Below are positions 19,129-28,330 of a DNA stretch of 64,000 bases, one piece after another (position 1 is the first letter of the stretch; the number at the start of each line of letters is the position of its first letter). The notes under the pieces are model-generated. The model was not told where the DNA came from. It saw nothing but the letters and a program-made list of their open reading frames with translations, and searched no databases. The stretch comes from Methanothrix sp. (GTDB taxonomy: Archaea; Halobacteriota; Methanosarcinia; Methanotrichales; Methanotrichaceae), in the NCBI GenBank assembly GCA_963682135.1, contig OY821645.1:480001-544000 (forward strand), given 5' to 3'. The translations under genes and the position numbers were made by a program.

Positions 19129-20867
19129 ACGATTACCTGAGCCGCTTAGTGGCCAAGAACCTCAATTCGGCGCAGCTGATTCAACCCAGGTTGAGGTTTA
19201 GATTTGAGCCGCCATCTTTGAGCGGCGAGATGGTGTACGGTTCTGATAGTTTGGGCGGCAGCATTGTATCCAGTTCCATAGAGTCTGATGCCGATGCCCC
19301 TACTCCCGGATCATCGAATTCATCTCTTGAGATTTCGAAAGAGCCATCACTCGGCGTGGCGACGTCTGAATCGATTTCGCTAAATTCTGGGAAAGTTGCA
19401 GATAGGGCCGAGCCGGAAATTCAGGTCAGTCAACCTCAGCCGATCGGTCGGAATTCAGATCGTCAGATCCGATCAAGTCCGGATGCCGTGCCCTCTCCTT
19501 CGCTTCCTGGGAGAGCGGATAGAGTTTTAAAGAGGATCGATCTGGAAACTCATGTCAGCCAATCTCGCCCGATCGGTCGAATTCCTGATCATCAGATTCA
19601 ATCAAGTCCGGATGCTGTGCCCTCTCCTCCGCTTCCTGGGAGAGCGGATAGAGTTTTAAAGAGGATCGAGCCGGAAATTCAGGTCAGTCAACCTCAGCCG
19701 ATCGGTCGAAGTCCGGATTATCAGATCCAATCAATTCCTGATGCTGTGCCCTCTCTTCCCCATCCTGGTAGAGCGGATAGAGTTGCAAAGAGGGCAGAAA
19801 TGGGGCCTCTGATCGACCAACCTCAGCCTATTGGTGGAAGTTCCGATCGTCAGATCCAATCAAGTCCGGATGCTGTGCCCTCTCCTTCGCATCCTGGTAG
19901 AGCGGATAGAGTTGTGAAGAGGGCCGAAATGGGGCCTCTGATCGACCAACCTCAGCCTATTGGTGGAAGTTCCGATCGTCAGATCCAATCAAGTCCGGAT
20001 GCCGTGCCCTCTCCTCCGCTTCTTGGTAGAGCTGATAGAGTTTTAAAGAGGATCGAGCTGGAAACTCAGGTCAGCCAATCTCGCCCGATCGGTCGAAGTT
20101 CCGATCGTCAGATCCAATCAAGTCCGGATGCCGTGCCCTCTCCTTCGCATCCTGGTAGAGCGGATAGAGTTGTAAAGAGGGCCGAAATGGGGTCTCTGAT
20201 CGACCAATCTCAGCCGATTGGTCGAAGTCCGAATCGTCAGATCCAATCAAGTCCGGATGCCGTGCCCTCTCCTCCGCTTCCTGGTAGAGCGGATAGAGTT
20301 GTAAAGAGGATCGAGCTGGAAACTCATGTCAGCCAATCTCGCCCGATCGGTCGAAGTTCCGATCGTCAGATCCAATCAAGTCCGGATACTATGCTCTCTC
20401 CCCCGCTTCCTGGGATAGCGAATAGGCCGGGGGAGAGGGCCATGACGGGAAAACGAGGAAACCTGAAAATTGCAGCTTTTCCAGCAGCGGACCGGAGTTC
20501 GCACAGAAACGCTGTGCGCTTATCTTATGATGACGATGGGCTCATGCAATCGATAGTATCCATTCAGAATGCATTGTCCCCAAAGTCAACGCAACGCCCA
20601 GCCAAAACCGATCGCCGAAAAGATCTTGATGCGACTGTAGAGCCAATATTTGCCGAGCAAAAAGAGATCTGGTTCATGGATCGAAGGAAGGATGCATTCA
20701 GAGAGAAGTCATCATCGGGATCCAATTCATCGATCAAAGTGAATATCGGACGGGTTGAGGTGCGTGCTACAGCATCAGCATCAACCCCGCCGCCTCCGCC
20801 CCAAAAGGCTGTCTCAACATCGAGATCGGGTCTCTCTCTGGATGATTATCTCAAGCGTCGAAGGTGA
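19125..20867 (+). CDS. Pro/Ser-rich repeat protein of the eCIS (candidate tape measure)
   Basis: Distinct ends (DYLSRLVA..IQPRL..FEP; IKVNIGRVEVRA...SLDDYLKRR) around 8 tandem 43-aa repeats; overlaps the upstream stop. Confidence 0.7.
   Translation: MNDYLSRLVAKNLNSAQLIQPRLRFRFEPPSLSGEMVYGSDSLGGSIVSSSIESDADAPTPGSSNSSLEISKEPSLGVATSESISLNSGKVADRAEPEIQVSQPQPIGRNSDRQIRSSPDAVPSPSLPGRADRVLKRIDLETHVSQSRPIGRIPDHQIQSSPDAVPSPPLPGRADRVLKRIEPEIQVSQPQPIGRSPDYQIQSIPDAVPSLPHPGRADRVAKRAEMGPLIDQPQPIGGSSDRQIQSSPDAVPSPSHPGRADRVVKRAEMGPLIDQPQPIGGSSDRQIQSSPDAVPSPPLLGRADRVLKRIELETQVSQSRPIGRSSDRQIQSSPDAVPSPSHPGRADRVVKRAEMGSLIDQSQPIGRSPNRQIQSSPDAVPSPPLPGRADRVVKRIELETHVSQSRPIGRSSDRQIQSSPDTMLSPPLPGIANRPGERAMTGKRGNLKIAAFPAADRSSHRNAVRLSYDDDGLMQSIVSIQNALSPKSTQRPAKTDRRKDLDATVEPIFAEQKEIWFMDRRKDAFREKSSSGSNSSIKVNIGRVEVRATASASTPPPPPQKAVSTSRSGLSLDDYLKRRR
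19400..20430 (+). repeat. Intragenic tandem repeat, ~8 x 129 bp
   Basis: TCAAGTCCGGATG core at 19473, 19602 and onward at 129-bp spacing; unit RADRVLKRIELETQVSQSRPIGRSSDRQIQSSPDAVPSPPLPG. Confidence 0.92.
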
Positions 20868-20872
20868 TGATC

Positions 20873-22087
20873 ATGAGCAACTTCTTGGCAATTGCCACAG
20901 TTACCGAAGCTCTTAGACAACTTCTCGACGAGGCGGTCAAAGAAGACGTCTCCGGAGCTATAGCTACAGCGGTGCGGCCTGCCGGCAACGGAAATGAGCT
21001 GGCGCAGGTGGGTGTCAACGTCTACCTCTATCAGGCCAGCCCCAATACCTCATGGCGCAACGATGATCTTCCCAGCCGGCGCGAGGATGGAACCGCGATT
21101 CAACGTCCCAGAGCGGCCCTGGATCTGCACTATCTTTTAACCTTTTACGGTGACGAAAAAAGGCTTGAGCCTCAGAGGGTGATGGGAAGCGTTGTCCGGA
21201 CTCTGCATACGCAACCGATCTTATCGCGCCAGCAGATTCAGAAGGCGGTCCAGAGCGTCGATTATCTGGGAGATTCCGACCTGGGGGAAGCGATGGAACA
21301 GGTCAAGTTCACGCCTGTGCCCCTCTCGGTCGAAGAGCTTAACAACCTTTGGTCCGGATTCTTTCAGACGTCTTATGCTCTTTCTGTGGCTTATCAGGGG
21401 TCGGTGATCTTCATCGAAGGCAAAGTACAGGCCCAAAAGCCTTTGCCGGTGCGGGGCCGCAACCTGTACGCTGCCACATTCCGCCAGCCGGTCATAGAGC
21501 AGGTCATCTCCGAGGAGGGTGCCGGTCGGCCTATCGTCGCGGGAACTGCTCTGGTTGTTCGGGGCAGGAATCTCCTGGGCGATGTGACAACTGTGGCCAT
21601 AGAGGGCGAAGAGATCGCACCATCTGATATCCTGGAACTTCATGATCAAGAGATCAAATTCCGTTTGCCGTCGTCTCTCCGGCGGGCTGGGGTGCTGGGC
21701 TTGCAGGTGATCCACAAAAGGATGATGGGATCGCCCCCAACGCCTCATCAGGGGGATGAATCTAACCTGGCCGCTTTTGTGCTGCGCCCTACGATCTCGG
21801 TTGATGAGGCTGGGAAGGTGGTGCATATAAGTCCTGCCATCGGGAAGGATCAGCGTTTGCTCTTGCATATGAACGAAATACCTCCCGGCGCTTCGCAAAC
21901 TTTGCCTTTGAGGGCGCGCTCTTTCCTTATCCCGTCGAGGAAGGCGGCAATTTGGGAAATCCCTATACCGGCTGATGATTTGGAAACGGGAGATTATCTG
22001 GTGCGAGTGGAGGCGGACGGCGCAGAGAGCGTTCTTTATGCCGATGAGGCCGGAAACTACATCGGACCGAAGGTGAGTATTGCATGA
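20873..22087 (+). CDS. DUF4255/Pvc16-like cap (tail terminator) protein with C-terminal Ig-like domains
   Basis: MSNFLAIATVTEALRQLL, VNVYLYQASPN..WRN.DLPSR, LDLHYLLTFYG, LSVAYQGSVIFIE. Confidence 0.85.
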   Translation: MSNFLAIATVTEALRQLLDEAVKEDVSGAIATAVRPAGNGNELAQVGVNVYLYQASPNTSWRNDDLPSRREDGTAIQRPRAALDLHYLLTFYGDEKRLEPQRVMGSVVRTLHTQPILSRQQIQKAVQSVDYLGDSDLGEAMEQVKFTPVPLSVEELNNLWSGFFQTSYALSVAYQGSVIFIEGKVQAQKPLPVRGRNLYAATFRQPVIEQVISEEGAGRPIVAGTALVVRGRNLLGDVTTVAIEGEEIAPSDILELHDQEIKFRLPSSLRRAGVLGLQVIHKRMMGSPPTPHQGDESNLAAFVLRPTISVDEAGKVVHISPAIGKDQRLLLHMNEIPPGASQTLPLRARSFLIPSRKAAIWEIPIPADDLETGDYLVRVEADGAESVLYADEAGNYIGPKVSIA

Positions 22088-24054
22088 GTTCTATGCAGGA
22101 CTGGCAGGAGGCAAATCAGAGGTATCTGATGGCCGAGCTTGCCGTCCTGCAGAGGCGGCTGGAAGGCTACATTGCCGAACTAGGAGATGAAACGCAGGAT
22201 TTAGAGGTGAAGGAGAGGGAGACGGAAAGTGAGACGGCCCCCATCTCTTTTGAAAAAAGTGCTCTGGATTCTATCGGTCAAATCTTTAGCCTCACCTCTT
22301 TCGAGAGGGATCTGCTGCTCTTTTGTGCCGGGCCGGAGCTTGATTTTGGGTTTGCCTCGCTCTGCAGCCGGGCCGGTGGTGGGTCCTGTCTACCCACCTT
22401 TGCTCTAGCTTGCCGGGTTCTGCCCAATGTTCATTGGAGCGCTTTTACCCCTGCCGGGCCATTGAGGAGATGGCATCTGATTGAGGTGGGCAATGGAGAT
22501 GCTCTGACCTGCAGTCCCTTGCGGGTCGATGAGAGGGTGCTGCACTATCTGCTGGGAATAGACTATCCGGACGAGAGGTTGAGAGCATTTGAAACGCTTG
22601 CAGTGCCTCAAGATCTGCCCGATTCTTACAGGGATCTCGCTTGCCGGATCGAGGGGGCCATGCAGAGGTCGGACCGGCCTGCTGTCCAGCTTTTGGGCAC
22701 TGATTCACAGGCAAAGCTGGATGTTGCCGCCTTCGCTTGCGCACAGCTCGGCCTTCGGCTTTATGCCATCAGTTCTGAGGATATACCGCTTGTTTTAGGG
22801 GATCGAGAGAAGCTCGCCTGGCTCTGGGAGCGGGAGGCGTTCTTGAGCGGCGCCGTCTTGCTGGTGGATTGCGAAGAGCTGGAAGGAAGGGAGAGGACGC
22901 ATGCCGTCCTTTCGCTGGTGGAGGGACTTCGCAGCCAGGTTCTGATTGCGGCCCTTCAGCCTCTTCGCCTCAAGAGGCGGGCCGGTCTCAGTCTGGAGGT
23001 GGCAAGGCCCAGGCCCGCAGAGAGGCAGATGATCTGGCAGAAGGCGCTCGGGCCTTTGGCGGATGGGCTGGACGGCCAGCTGGAGGTACTGGTGGATCAG
23101 TTCGATCTGGGCCAGAGGGAGATTCGGGCCGCCAGTGCGCAGGCTGCGATCTTGGGAAAGGACGCGGATCTTGGCGATCCCGGAAATCTTGATGGTCTTG
23201 GTGATCGGCTCTGGGATGCCTGTCGCATCCAGGCCCGGCCCCGCCTGGAAGAGCTGGCCCAGAGGATTGAGCCTGCTGCCACCTGGGAGGATCTGGTATT
23301 GCCCGAATCCCTTCTGCAGATACTGAGGGAGATCGGAGTGCATCTTCGCCAGAGCAGCAAGGTTTACGGGTCATGGGGTTTCGGCTCCAAGGGGTCTCGG
23401 GGGCTGGGAATCAGCGCTCTCTTTGCCGGAGATAGCGGGACCGGCAAGACGATGGCAGCCGAGGTTCTGGCAAACGATCTGAAGCTGGATCTCTACCGCA
23501 TCGACCTCTCCCAGGTGGTGAGCAAGTACATCGGCGAGACCGAGAAGAACCTGCGGAAGGTATTCGATGCTGCGGATAGGGGCGGAGCAATCCTATTATT
23601 CGACGAGGCGGATGCCCTATTTGGCAAGAGGAGCGAGGTGAAGGACAGCCACGACCGTTATGCCAACATCGAGACCAGCTACCTTCTGCAGAGGATGGAG
23701 GAGTACCGGGGGCTGGCTATACTCACCACCAACATGAGAAGCGCTCTCGACCGGGCATTTTTGCGGCGCATCAGGTTTGTGGTGCAGTTTCCTTTCCCCA
23801 GCTCGGCAGAACGGGCATCGATCTGGGAGCGGGTCTTTCCCAGGGATACCCCTCAAGAGGGCCTGGACTTCGATAAGCTGGCCAGGCTGAATGTCGCCGG
23901 GGGAAACATCCGAAACATCGCCATCTATGCCGCCTTCCTGGCGGCGGATGACCGCTCAGCGGTACGGATGTCTCACCTTGTTCGGGCGGCCCGGGTGGAG
24001 TACGCCAAGCTGGAGCGGCCTCTCACGGAAGCTGATATCGGGGGTTGGGCATGA
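22084..24054 (+). CDS. eCIS AAA+ ATPase (Afp15/Pvc15-like)
   Basis: GDSGTGKT Walker A, VVSKYIGETEKNL, LLFDEADALFGKRSEVKDSHDRYANIE. Confidence 0.93.
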   Translation: MSSMQDWQEANQRYLMAELAVLQRRLEGYIAELGDETQDLEVKERETESETAPISFEKSALDSIGQIFSLTSFERDLLLFCAGPELDFGFASLCSRAGGGSCLPTFALACRVLPNVHWSAFTPAGPLRRWHLIEVGNGDALTCSPLRVDERVLHYLLGIDYPDERLRAFETLAVPQDLPDSYRDLACRIEGAMQRSDRPAVQLLGTDSQAKLDVAAFACAQLGLRLYAISSEDIPLVLGDREKLAWLWEREAFLSGAVLLVDCEELEGRERTHAVLSLVEGLRSQVLIAALQPLRLKRRAGLSLEVARPRPAERQMIWQKALGPLADGLDGQLEVLVDQFDLGQREIRAASAQAAILGKDADLGDPGNLDGLGDRLWDACRIQARPRLEELAQRIEPAATWEDLVLPESLLQILREIGVHLRQSSKVYGSWGFGSKGSRGLGISALFAGDSGTGKTMAAEVLANDLKLDLYRIDLSQVVSKYIGETEKNLRKVFDAADRGGAILLFDEADALFGKRSEVKDSHDRYANIETSYLLQRMEEYRGLAILTTNMRSALDRAFLRRIRFVVQFPFPSSAERASIWERVFPRDTPQEGLDFDKLARLNVAGGNIRNIAIYAAFLAADDRSAVRMSHLVRAARVEYAKLERPLTEADIGGWA

Positions 24055-24314
24055 ACTTGCATTCTGTTGATCTTAATCTGAATATCGAGGAGCTGGTCTT
24101 GCGGGGCTTTCCCAACCGGGATCAGGACCGGATCCTGCGAGCTGTGCAGGCGGAGCTGGAGCGGCTTATCAGAGAAAAGGGCGTTCCTGCAGCTCTTTCC
24201 AGTGGCGGCGAGCTGGCCCGCCTGGACGCAGGAAGCATTGAGGCAGAACCAGGCTCCAGCCCTGAGGAAATTGGCGCCCAGGTGGCACGGTCTTTGTACG
24301 GGGGTTTTAGGTAG
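24051..24314 (+). CDS. Small eCIS-associated hypothetical protein
   Basis: NIEELVLRGF...AVQAELERL...IGAQVARSLYGG; coupled between the ATPase and DUF4157 genes. Confidence 0.7.
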   Translation: MNLHSVDLNLNIEELVLRGFPNRDQDRILRAVQAELERLIREKGVPAALSSGGELARLDAGSIEAEPGSSPEEIGAQVARSLYGGFR

Positions 24315-25838
24315 ATGATGACGAGAGCGAGAAAACCTGCACCAAAATCGGAAGCGTCTTTTCAGCGGCAGCATAGTCAATTCGCATCGCGCCCCTTTGC
24401 TCCAAGAGCAGAGGATCATGAGGTACCGGCGGGGGAATCGCGCGTCAGCTTCAGCATTGCCGATATCGACATATTACCCAGGGAGATTATTCAACCAAAG
24501 CTCCGGCTCGGGCCTGTTGGCGATCGATACGAGCTGGAGGCGGATAGGATGGCGCACCTGGTGGTCCAGACCATTTCGTCCTCGGATCAGGTGCAGAGAG
24601 AGTGTGGGTGCAAGGAAGACGAAGAGCTGGATAAAAAAAAGGGCGAGGAACTGAGGCGCAAGGTCGCTGGTATCGCACCCGTCGGAAACGCCGCTGTCGG
24701 GCCGGTTGTGGAATCCGCCATCCAGAGGGCTCGGTCAGGCGGAAAGCCCCTTCCGGATGGCGTCCGTCAGCCGATGGAGCGGGCCTTTGGCGCCGACTTC
24801 GGCGGGGTGAGGGTGCACACTGATGCCCAGGCTGATAGGCTCAATCGATCGGTCCAGGCGCGGGCATTCACCACCGGGCAGGACATCTTTCTCAGGCAGG
24901 GAGAGTACCGGCCCGGAAGCTTTGAGGGGCAGAGGCTGCTGGCGCACGAGCTGACGCACGTGGTGCAGCAGGGGGAAGGAAGGGGCCAATCTGCAACAGA
25001 AGTGGTGGGACTACCAGTCGATGATAGCTCTACATTTGAAAAAGATATAGGCATGAAGGACGTCACAACTCAAAAGAATCATTCAGAAGGTTATGCTCAA
25101 TCGAAATTTATGAATCATCGAGTAATTAAGCATAATAAGAATGATTCTTTTCATAAACAATCAGACAATATTATTCAAATGAAGCGACCATCTGAAGGAG
25201 TCTGGCATCCTGATACAGAAGAAATTTATGTTGCACGTGGTGGAAAAAACGATATTTATAATGGCGGTCGCCCATGCCATTTTTCAACTGCAGTAAAAGA
25301 AAAATTATTAAAATATTGGAGTGCTCCTAGATTTAATTGGGTAAAACGTATAGACAATCGATGGATAGTTGAAACACCTCGAACTCATTATTTCTTGCCT
25401 CCTGAAGCAATTCAAATAGATCATCTTACTCCTTGGGCTACATATGAAAATGATCTAACCAAAGATGTGGACACTAATCGAACGGATATACCTAAAGATG
25501 CCAAAACAAACGGAAAATTTTCTGTCTGGGGTGCGAGGATGTACTATCATGATGCAGAAAATTTAGTCCCAGAAGTACCATCTTTGAATGCTGGAAAGGG
25601 TGCACAGCTTACAGAAGGAGTCACTTACTCAGGATCGGTTTCTGAAAAAAGTAGCAAATTGTTAGGAAACATTTCACGAGTTGCTTTTTCGTTATCAGAA
25701 TGGCAAAGTATTTGGACTCGTTTAGATCAAGAAGGCAAAATGGATAAAACTGCCATTGGTGAAATTGACATTAAATTGCAGACTATTTATGATTCCATTT
25801 TAGATTTAAAAAATTTTACGGAAGAATTAAACATTTAA
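24315..25838 (+). CDS. DUF4157 (eCIS core) protein with C-terminal HNH/Endo VII-like putative nuclease
   Basis: QPKL..G...DRYE.EADRMA; MERAFGADFGGVRVH...ARAFTTGQDIF...LLAHELTHVVQQ; C-terminal IDHLTPW...YHDAENLVPEVPSLNAGKG. Confidence 0.8.
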   Translation: MMTRARKPAPKSEASFQRQHSQFASRPFAPRAEDHEVPAGESRVSFSIADIDILPREIIQPKLRLGPVGDRYELEADRMAHLVVQTISSSDQVQRECGCKEDEELDKKKGEELRRKVAGIAPVGNAAVGPVVESAIQRARSGGKPLPDGVRQPMERAFGADFGGVRVHTDAQADRLNRSVQARAFTTGQDIFLRQGEYRPGSFEGQRLLAHELTHVVQQGEGRGQSATEVVGLPVDDSSTFEKDIGMKDVTTQKNHSEGYAQSKFMNHRVIKHNKNDSFHKQSDNIIQMKRPSEGVWHPDTEEIYVARGGKNDIYNGGRPCHFSTAVKEKLLKYWSAPRFNWVKRIDNRWIVETPRTHYFLPPEAIQIDHLTPWATYENDLTKDVDTNRTDIPKDAKTNGKFSVWGARMYYHDAENLVPEVPSLNAGKGAQLTEGVTYSGSVSEKSSKLLGNISRVAFSLSEWQSIWTRLDQEGKMDKTAIGEIDIKLQTIYDSILDLKNFTEELNI

Positions 25839-25885
25839 TTGGAACTTATCATGAATATTACCGATACAATCATCGCAAATTCACC

Positions 25886-26108
25886 ATCAACGGCGTTGAT
25901 GTCTTCAATCATCTTGCGGCCTGACCATCTTTCGATACAATCCCTGGGTCCTGATCCTGAGGCTCAACCCTATTTTACCTGTTAGAGGCAAATGGTGCAA
26001 CACGCTTCAAAGTGCGTTCCCGTAGAAACGATCGACCTGGAGGTGAAAATAGAGGCAATCGACCAACTAAAGAACGCGAACGAAATGAGCATCCATCCTT
26101 TGTCCTAA
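25886..26108 (+). pseudogene. Frameshifted remnant of a tube-initiator gene (paralog of 26250..26894)
   Basis: Fragments in shifting frames GVDVFNHLA / TIFRYNPWVL / PVETIDLEVKIEAIDQLK match TVFQYNPHTL and PVETIDVEIEIDASDQLEK of the next gene. Confidence 0.75.
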
Positions 26109-26249
26109 AAAGAATCCCACCTAAAACAATTTTCTAATTTATAATTCCATCTAACTTTCTTACCATTTGACCATCAAATCCATGCAAAGTAGGAGACCCG
26201 ACATGATCGCCAAAGACTCATCCAACCCCCACAGAGGAGCCCTCCAGCC

Positions 26250-26894
26250 ATGAGCCTCGCCCCCCGCCTTCTCAAAGGCGCGATAATCGCCATCGACTCC
26301 GACAACTCCCTGCAGTCCAGCGTGACGGTCTTCCAATACAATCCCCACACCCTGACTCGCCGGCTGGAACCCCAGATGATGGGCGGCGAGAGCAGAACCG
26401 AGCCTCTTCGAATCAAGGGCGCTCCTGTGGAGACGATCGACGTGGAGATAGAGATCGACGCCTCAGACCAGCTGGAGAAGGGGGGTCCTACTGCCTTGGC
26501 TATGGGTATCTACCCTCAGCTCTCCGCCCTGGAGATGCTCGTCTATCCCAAGAGCTCGCGGGTGATCGCTAACGAGAATCTTCTCAAGCAGGGAACCATC
26601 GAGATCATTCCTCCCGAGGCACCACTCACTCTATTCGTCTGGGGGCCGGCCCGAATTCTTCCCGTACAGATAACCAGCTTCAGCATCACCGAAGAGGTCC
26701 ACGACACCTTGCTCAATCCCCTCCAGGCCAAGGTGTCTTTGAGCATGAGGGTCCTCAGCTACAACGACCTTCCCTCGGATCACAAAGGCCATAAAATCTT
26801 CCTGGCCCACCAGGTGGCAAAAGAGGTCATGGCCGCCCTGGGGAGCGCAGGCAGCCTGGGATCAGTGGTGGGGAGCAATTTTAGTATTTTGTAA
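26250..26894 (+). CDS. CIS tube-initiator protein (Afp7 N-terminal-like)
   Basis: FQYNPHTLTR, PVETIDVEIEIDA, PLTLFVWGP.RILPVQITSFSITEE..D..LNP. Confidence 0.8.
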   Translation: MSLAPRLLKGAIIAIDSDNSLQSSVTVFQYNPHTLTRRLEPQMMGGESRTEPLRIKGAPVETIDVEIEIDASDQLEKGGPTALAMGIYPQLSALEMLVYPKSSRVIANENLLKQGTIEIIPPEAPLTLFVWGPARILPVQITSFSITEEVHDTLLNPLQAKVSLSMRVLSYNDLPSDHKGHKIFLAHQVAKEVMAALGSAGSLGSVVGSNFSIL

Positions 26895-26917
26895 GTGTAT
26901 TATTATGAGGCGAAATA

Positions 26918-27202
26918 ATGTTTGAATCGACCAGCCGCTACTATCCCCTGGAGACTGCCGTCCACACCATGCAAGACGGCCGCATCGTGGCCTACAAACG
27001 CCGCCGTTTCCTGCCCCGAGGCGAGGAGCTGGACCTTCTCGTGGAGGTGGCAGTGACCGAAGGCGACCGGCTCGACCTGATCACCAGCCGCACCCTGGGC
27101 GATTCGGAATTCTTCTGGCGGATTTGTGACGCCAACGACGCTATGAATCCCTTTGATCTGGCGGCAGAGATCAACCGAAGGCTGAGAGTGCCGGTGCCGT
27201 AA
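26918..27202 (+). CDS. LysM-like baseplate protein (P2 gpX-type)
   Basis: FESTSRY; VTEGDRLDLITSRTLGDSEFFWRICDAN. Confidence 0.82.
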   Translation: MFESTSRYYPLETAVHTMQDGRIVAYKRRRFLPRGEELDLLVEVAVTEGDRLDLITSRTLGDSEFFWRICDANDAMNPFDLAAEINRRLRVPVP

Positions 27203-27224
27203 TCTGAAAATTCGAGAGGCGATA

Positions 27225-28328
27225 ATTCTGAAGGGAGTTTACCTGACGCTTTGGATCGGCAAGGGCGACATCAAACCCGCGAAAAAGGAGCTTATGGAGT
27301 CACTTCAGAGCGTGGAGGTGACTCATAACGACAACGATAGGTCGGGCTTTGAGCTGACCTTCCAGATCAGCCACGGCCAGAAGCTGGACGACCTCAAACC
27401 TTTCAACCGGGTTATTCTCATGGTCACCATCAACTCAGTTAAACAGGTTCTCATGGACGGCATCATATCTTACCATCAGCTCGCTTCCGGAAACGGATCT
27501 GGTGCTTCGATTTTTACCGTCTTTGGCGAAGACGTGAGCATCATGATGGACCTCAAGGAGGAAACGATCTCCCACAAAGGCCAGGACGATGCCACTATTG
27601 CACGGGATATCATCTCAAAATATTCGAGCTATGGCATAACTGCCGATGTCAAATCTCCCAAAGGGGTAAGCCAGCCAGCAGCTAATGACTGGGTCCCAAG
27701 GCAGCAAGCAACAGACCTCGAACACCTCAAGATCATGGCGGATAAGTACGGCTTCGTCTTCTACATCGTGCCCGGACCTGTGGCAGAGAATAGCGTCGCC
27801 TACTGGGGACCGCCCAAATATGAGGGTACCCGTCAGAAGGCCCTCTCGACGAACATGGGCCCCCACAGCAATGTCGAGACGATCAACTTCTCTTACGATT
27901 CTCTCGCTCCCACCCTGGTCAAGGGAAATGTTCAGGATGCAAAGACCAACCAGATCAAGCCCGTTGAGACGAGCTCCAGCCAGCTCAATAAAATCTCGCA
28001 AAATTCTGCGCTTGAGAGTCAGTCCCAGGTCAGGCTCAAACTCCTTCTTCAGAAGTCTGGGAATGATCTCAAAGAGGCTATGGCTCTCGCCCAGGGAATG
28101 ACCGACGCCTCACTCCAAGAGGCTGCGAAGGCAGAAGGTACTCTGAACACTCTGCGTTACGGCGATCTTCTCCTGCCCCGCAAGCTTGTGGGCCTGCGGG
28201 GCGCAGGTCGGGAATACGACGGCGTCTGGTATGTCAAAAAGGTGACCCACAAAATCCAGCGGGGCGAGTACAAACAGAGCTTCACCCTCACCAGAGAGGG
28301 AACCGGACCAAAATCCTCGAAGGTATAG
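27225..28328 (+). CDS. Baseplate hub (gp27/gpD-like N-terminal half of the VgrG/Afp8 spike); start uncertain (ATT/CTG at 27225-27228 vs ATG at 27294)
   Basis: VLMDGII, GEDVSIMMDL, TDLEHLKIMADKYGFVFY, LRYGDLL..RKLVGLRGAG..YDG.WYVKKVTH; frame open upstream of ATG 27294. Confidence 0.8.
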   Translation: MLKGVYLTLWIGKGDIKPAKKELMESLQSVEVTHNDNDRSGFELTFQISHGQKLDDLKPFNRVILMVTINSVKQVLMDGIISYHQLASGNGSGASIFTVFGEDVSIMMDLKEETISHKGQDDATIARDIISKYSSYGITADVKSPKGVSQPAANDWVPRQQATDLEHLKIMADKYGFVFYIVPGPVAENSVAYWGPPKYEGTRQKALSTNMGPHSNVETINFSYDSLAPTLVKGNVQDAKTNQIKPVETSSSQLNKISQNSALESQSQVRLKLLLQKSGNDLKEAMALAQGMTDASLQEAAKAEGTLNTLRYGDLLLPRKLVGLRGAGREYDGVWYVKKVTHKIQRGEYKQSFTLTREGTGPKSSKV

Positions 28329-28330
28329 AT

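Noticed and set aside
19400-20430. Possible CRISPR array
   Set aside because: Units are contiguous 129-bp in-frame coding repeats with no unique spacers.
25851-25986. Small ORF after effector 1 as an immunity gene
   Set aside because: It overlaps DNA better explained as a decayed tube-initiator gene, and has no immunity-like features.
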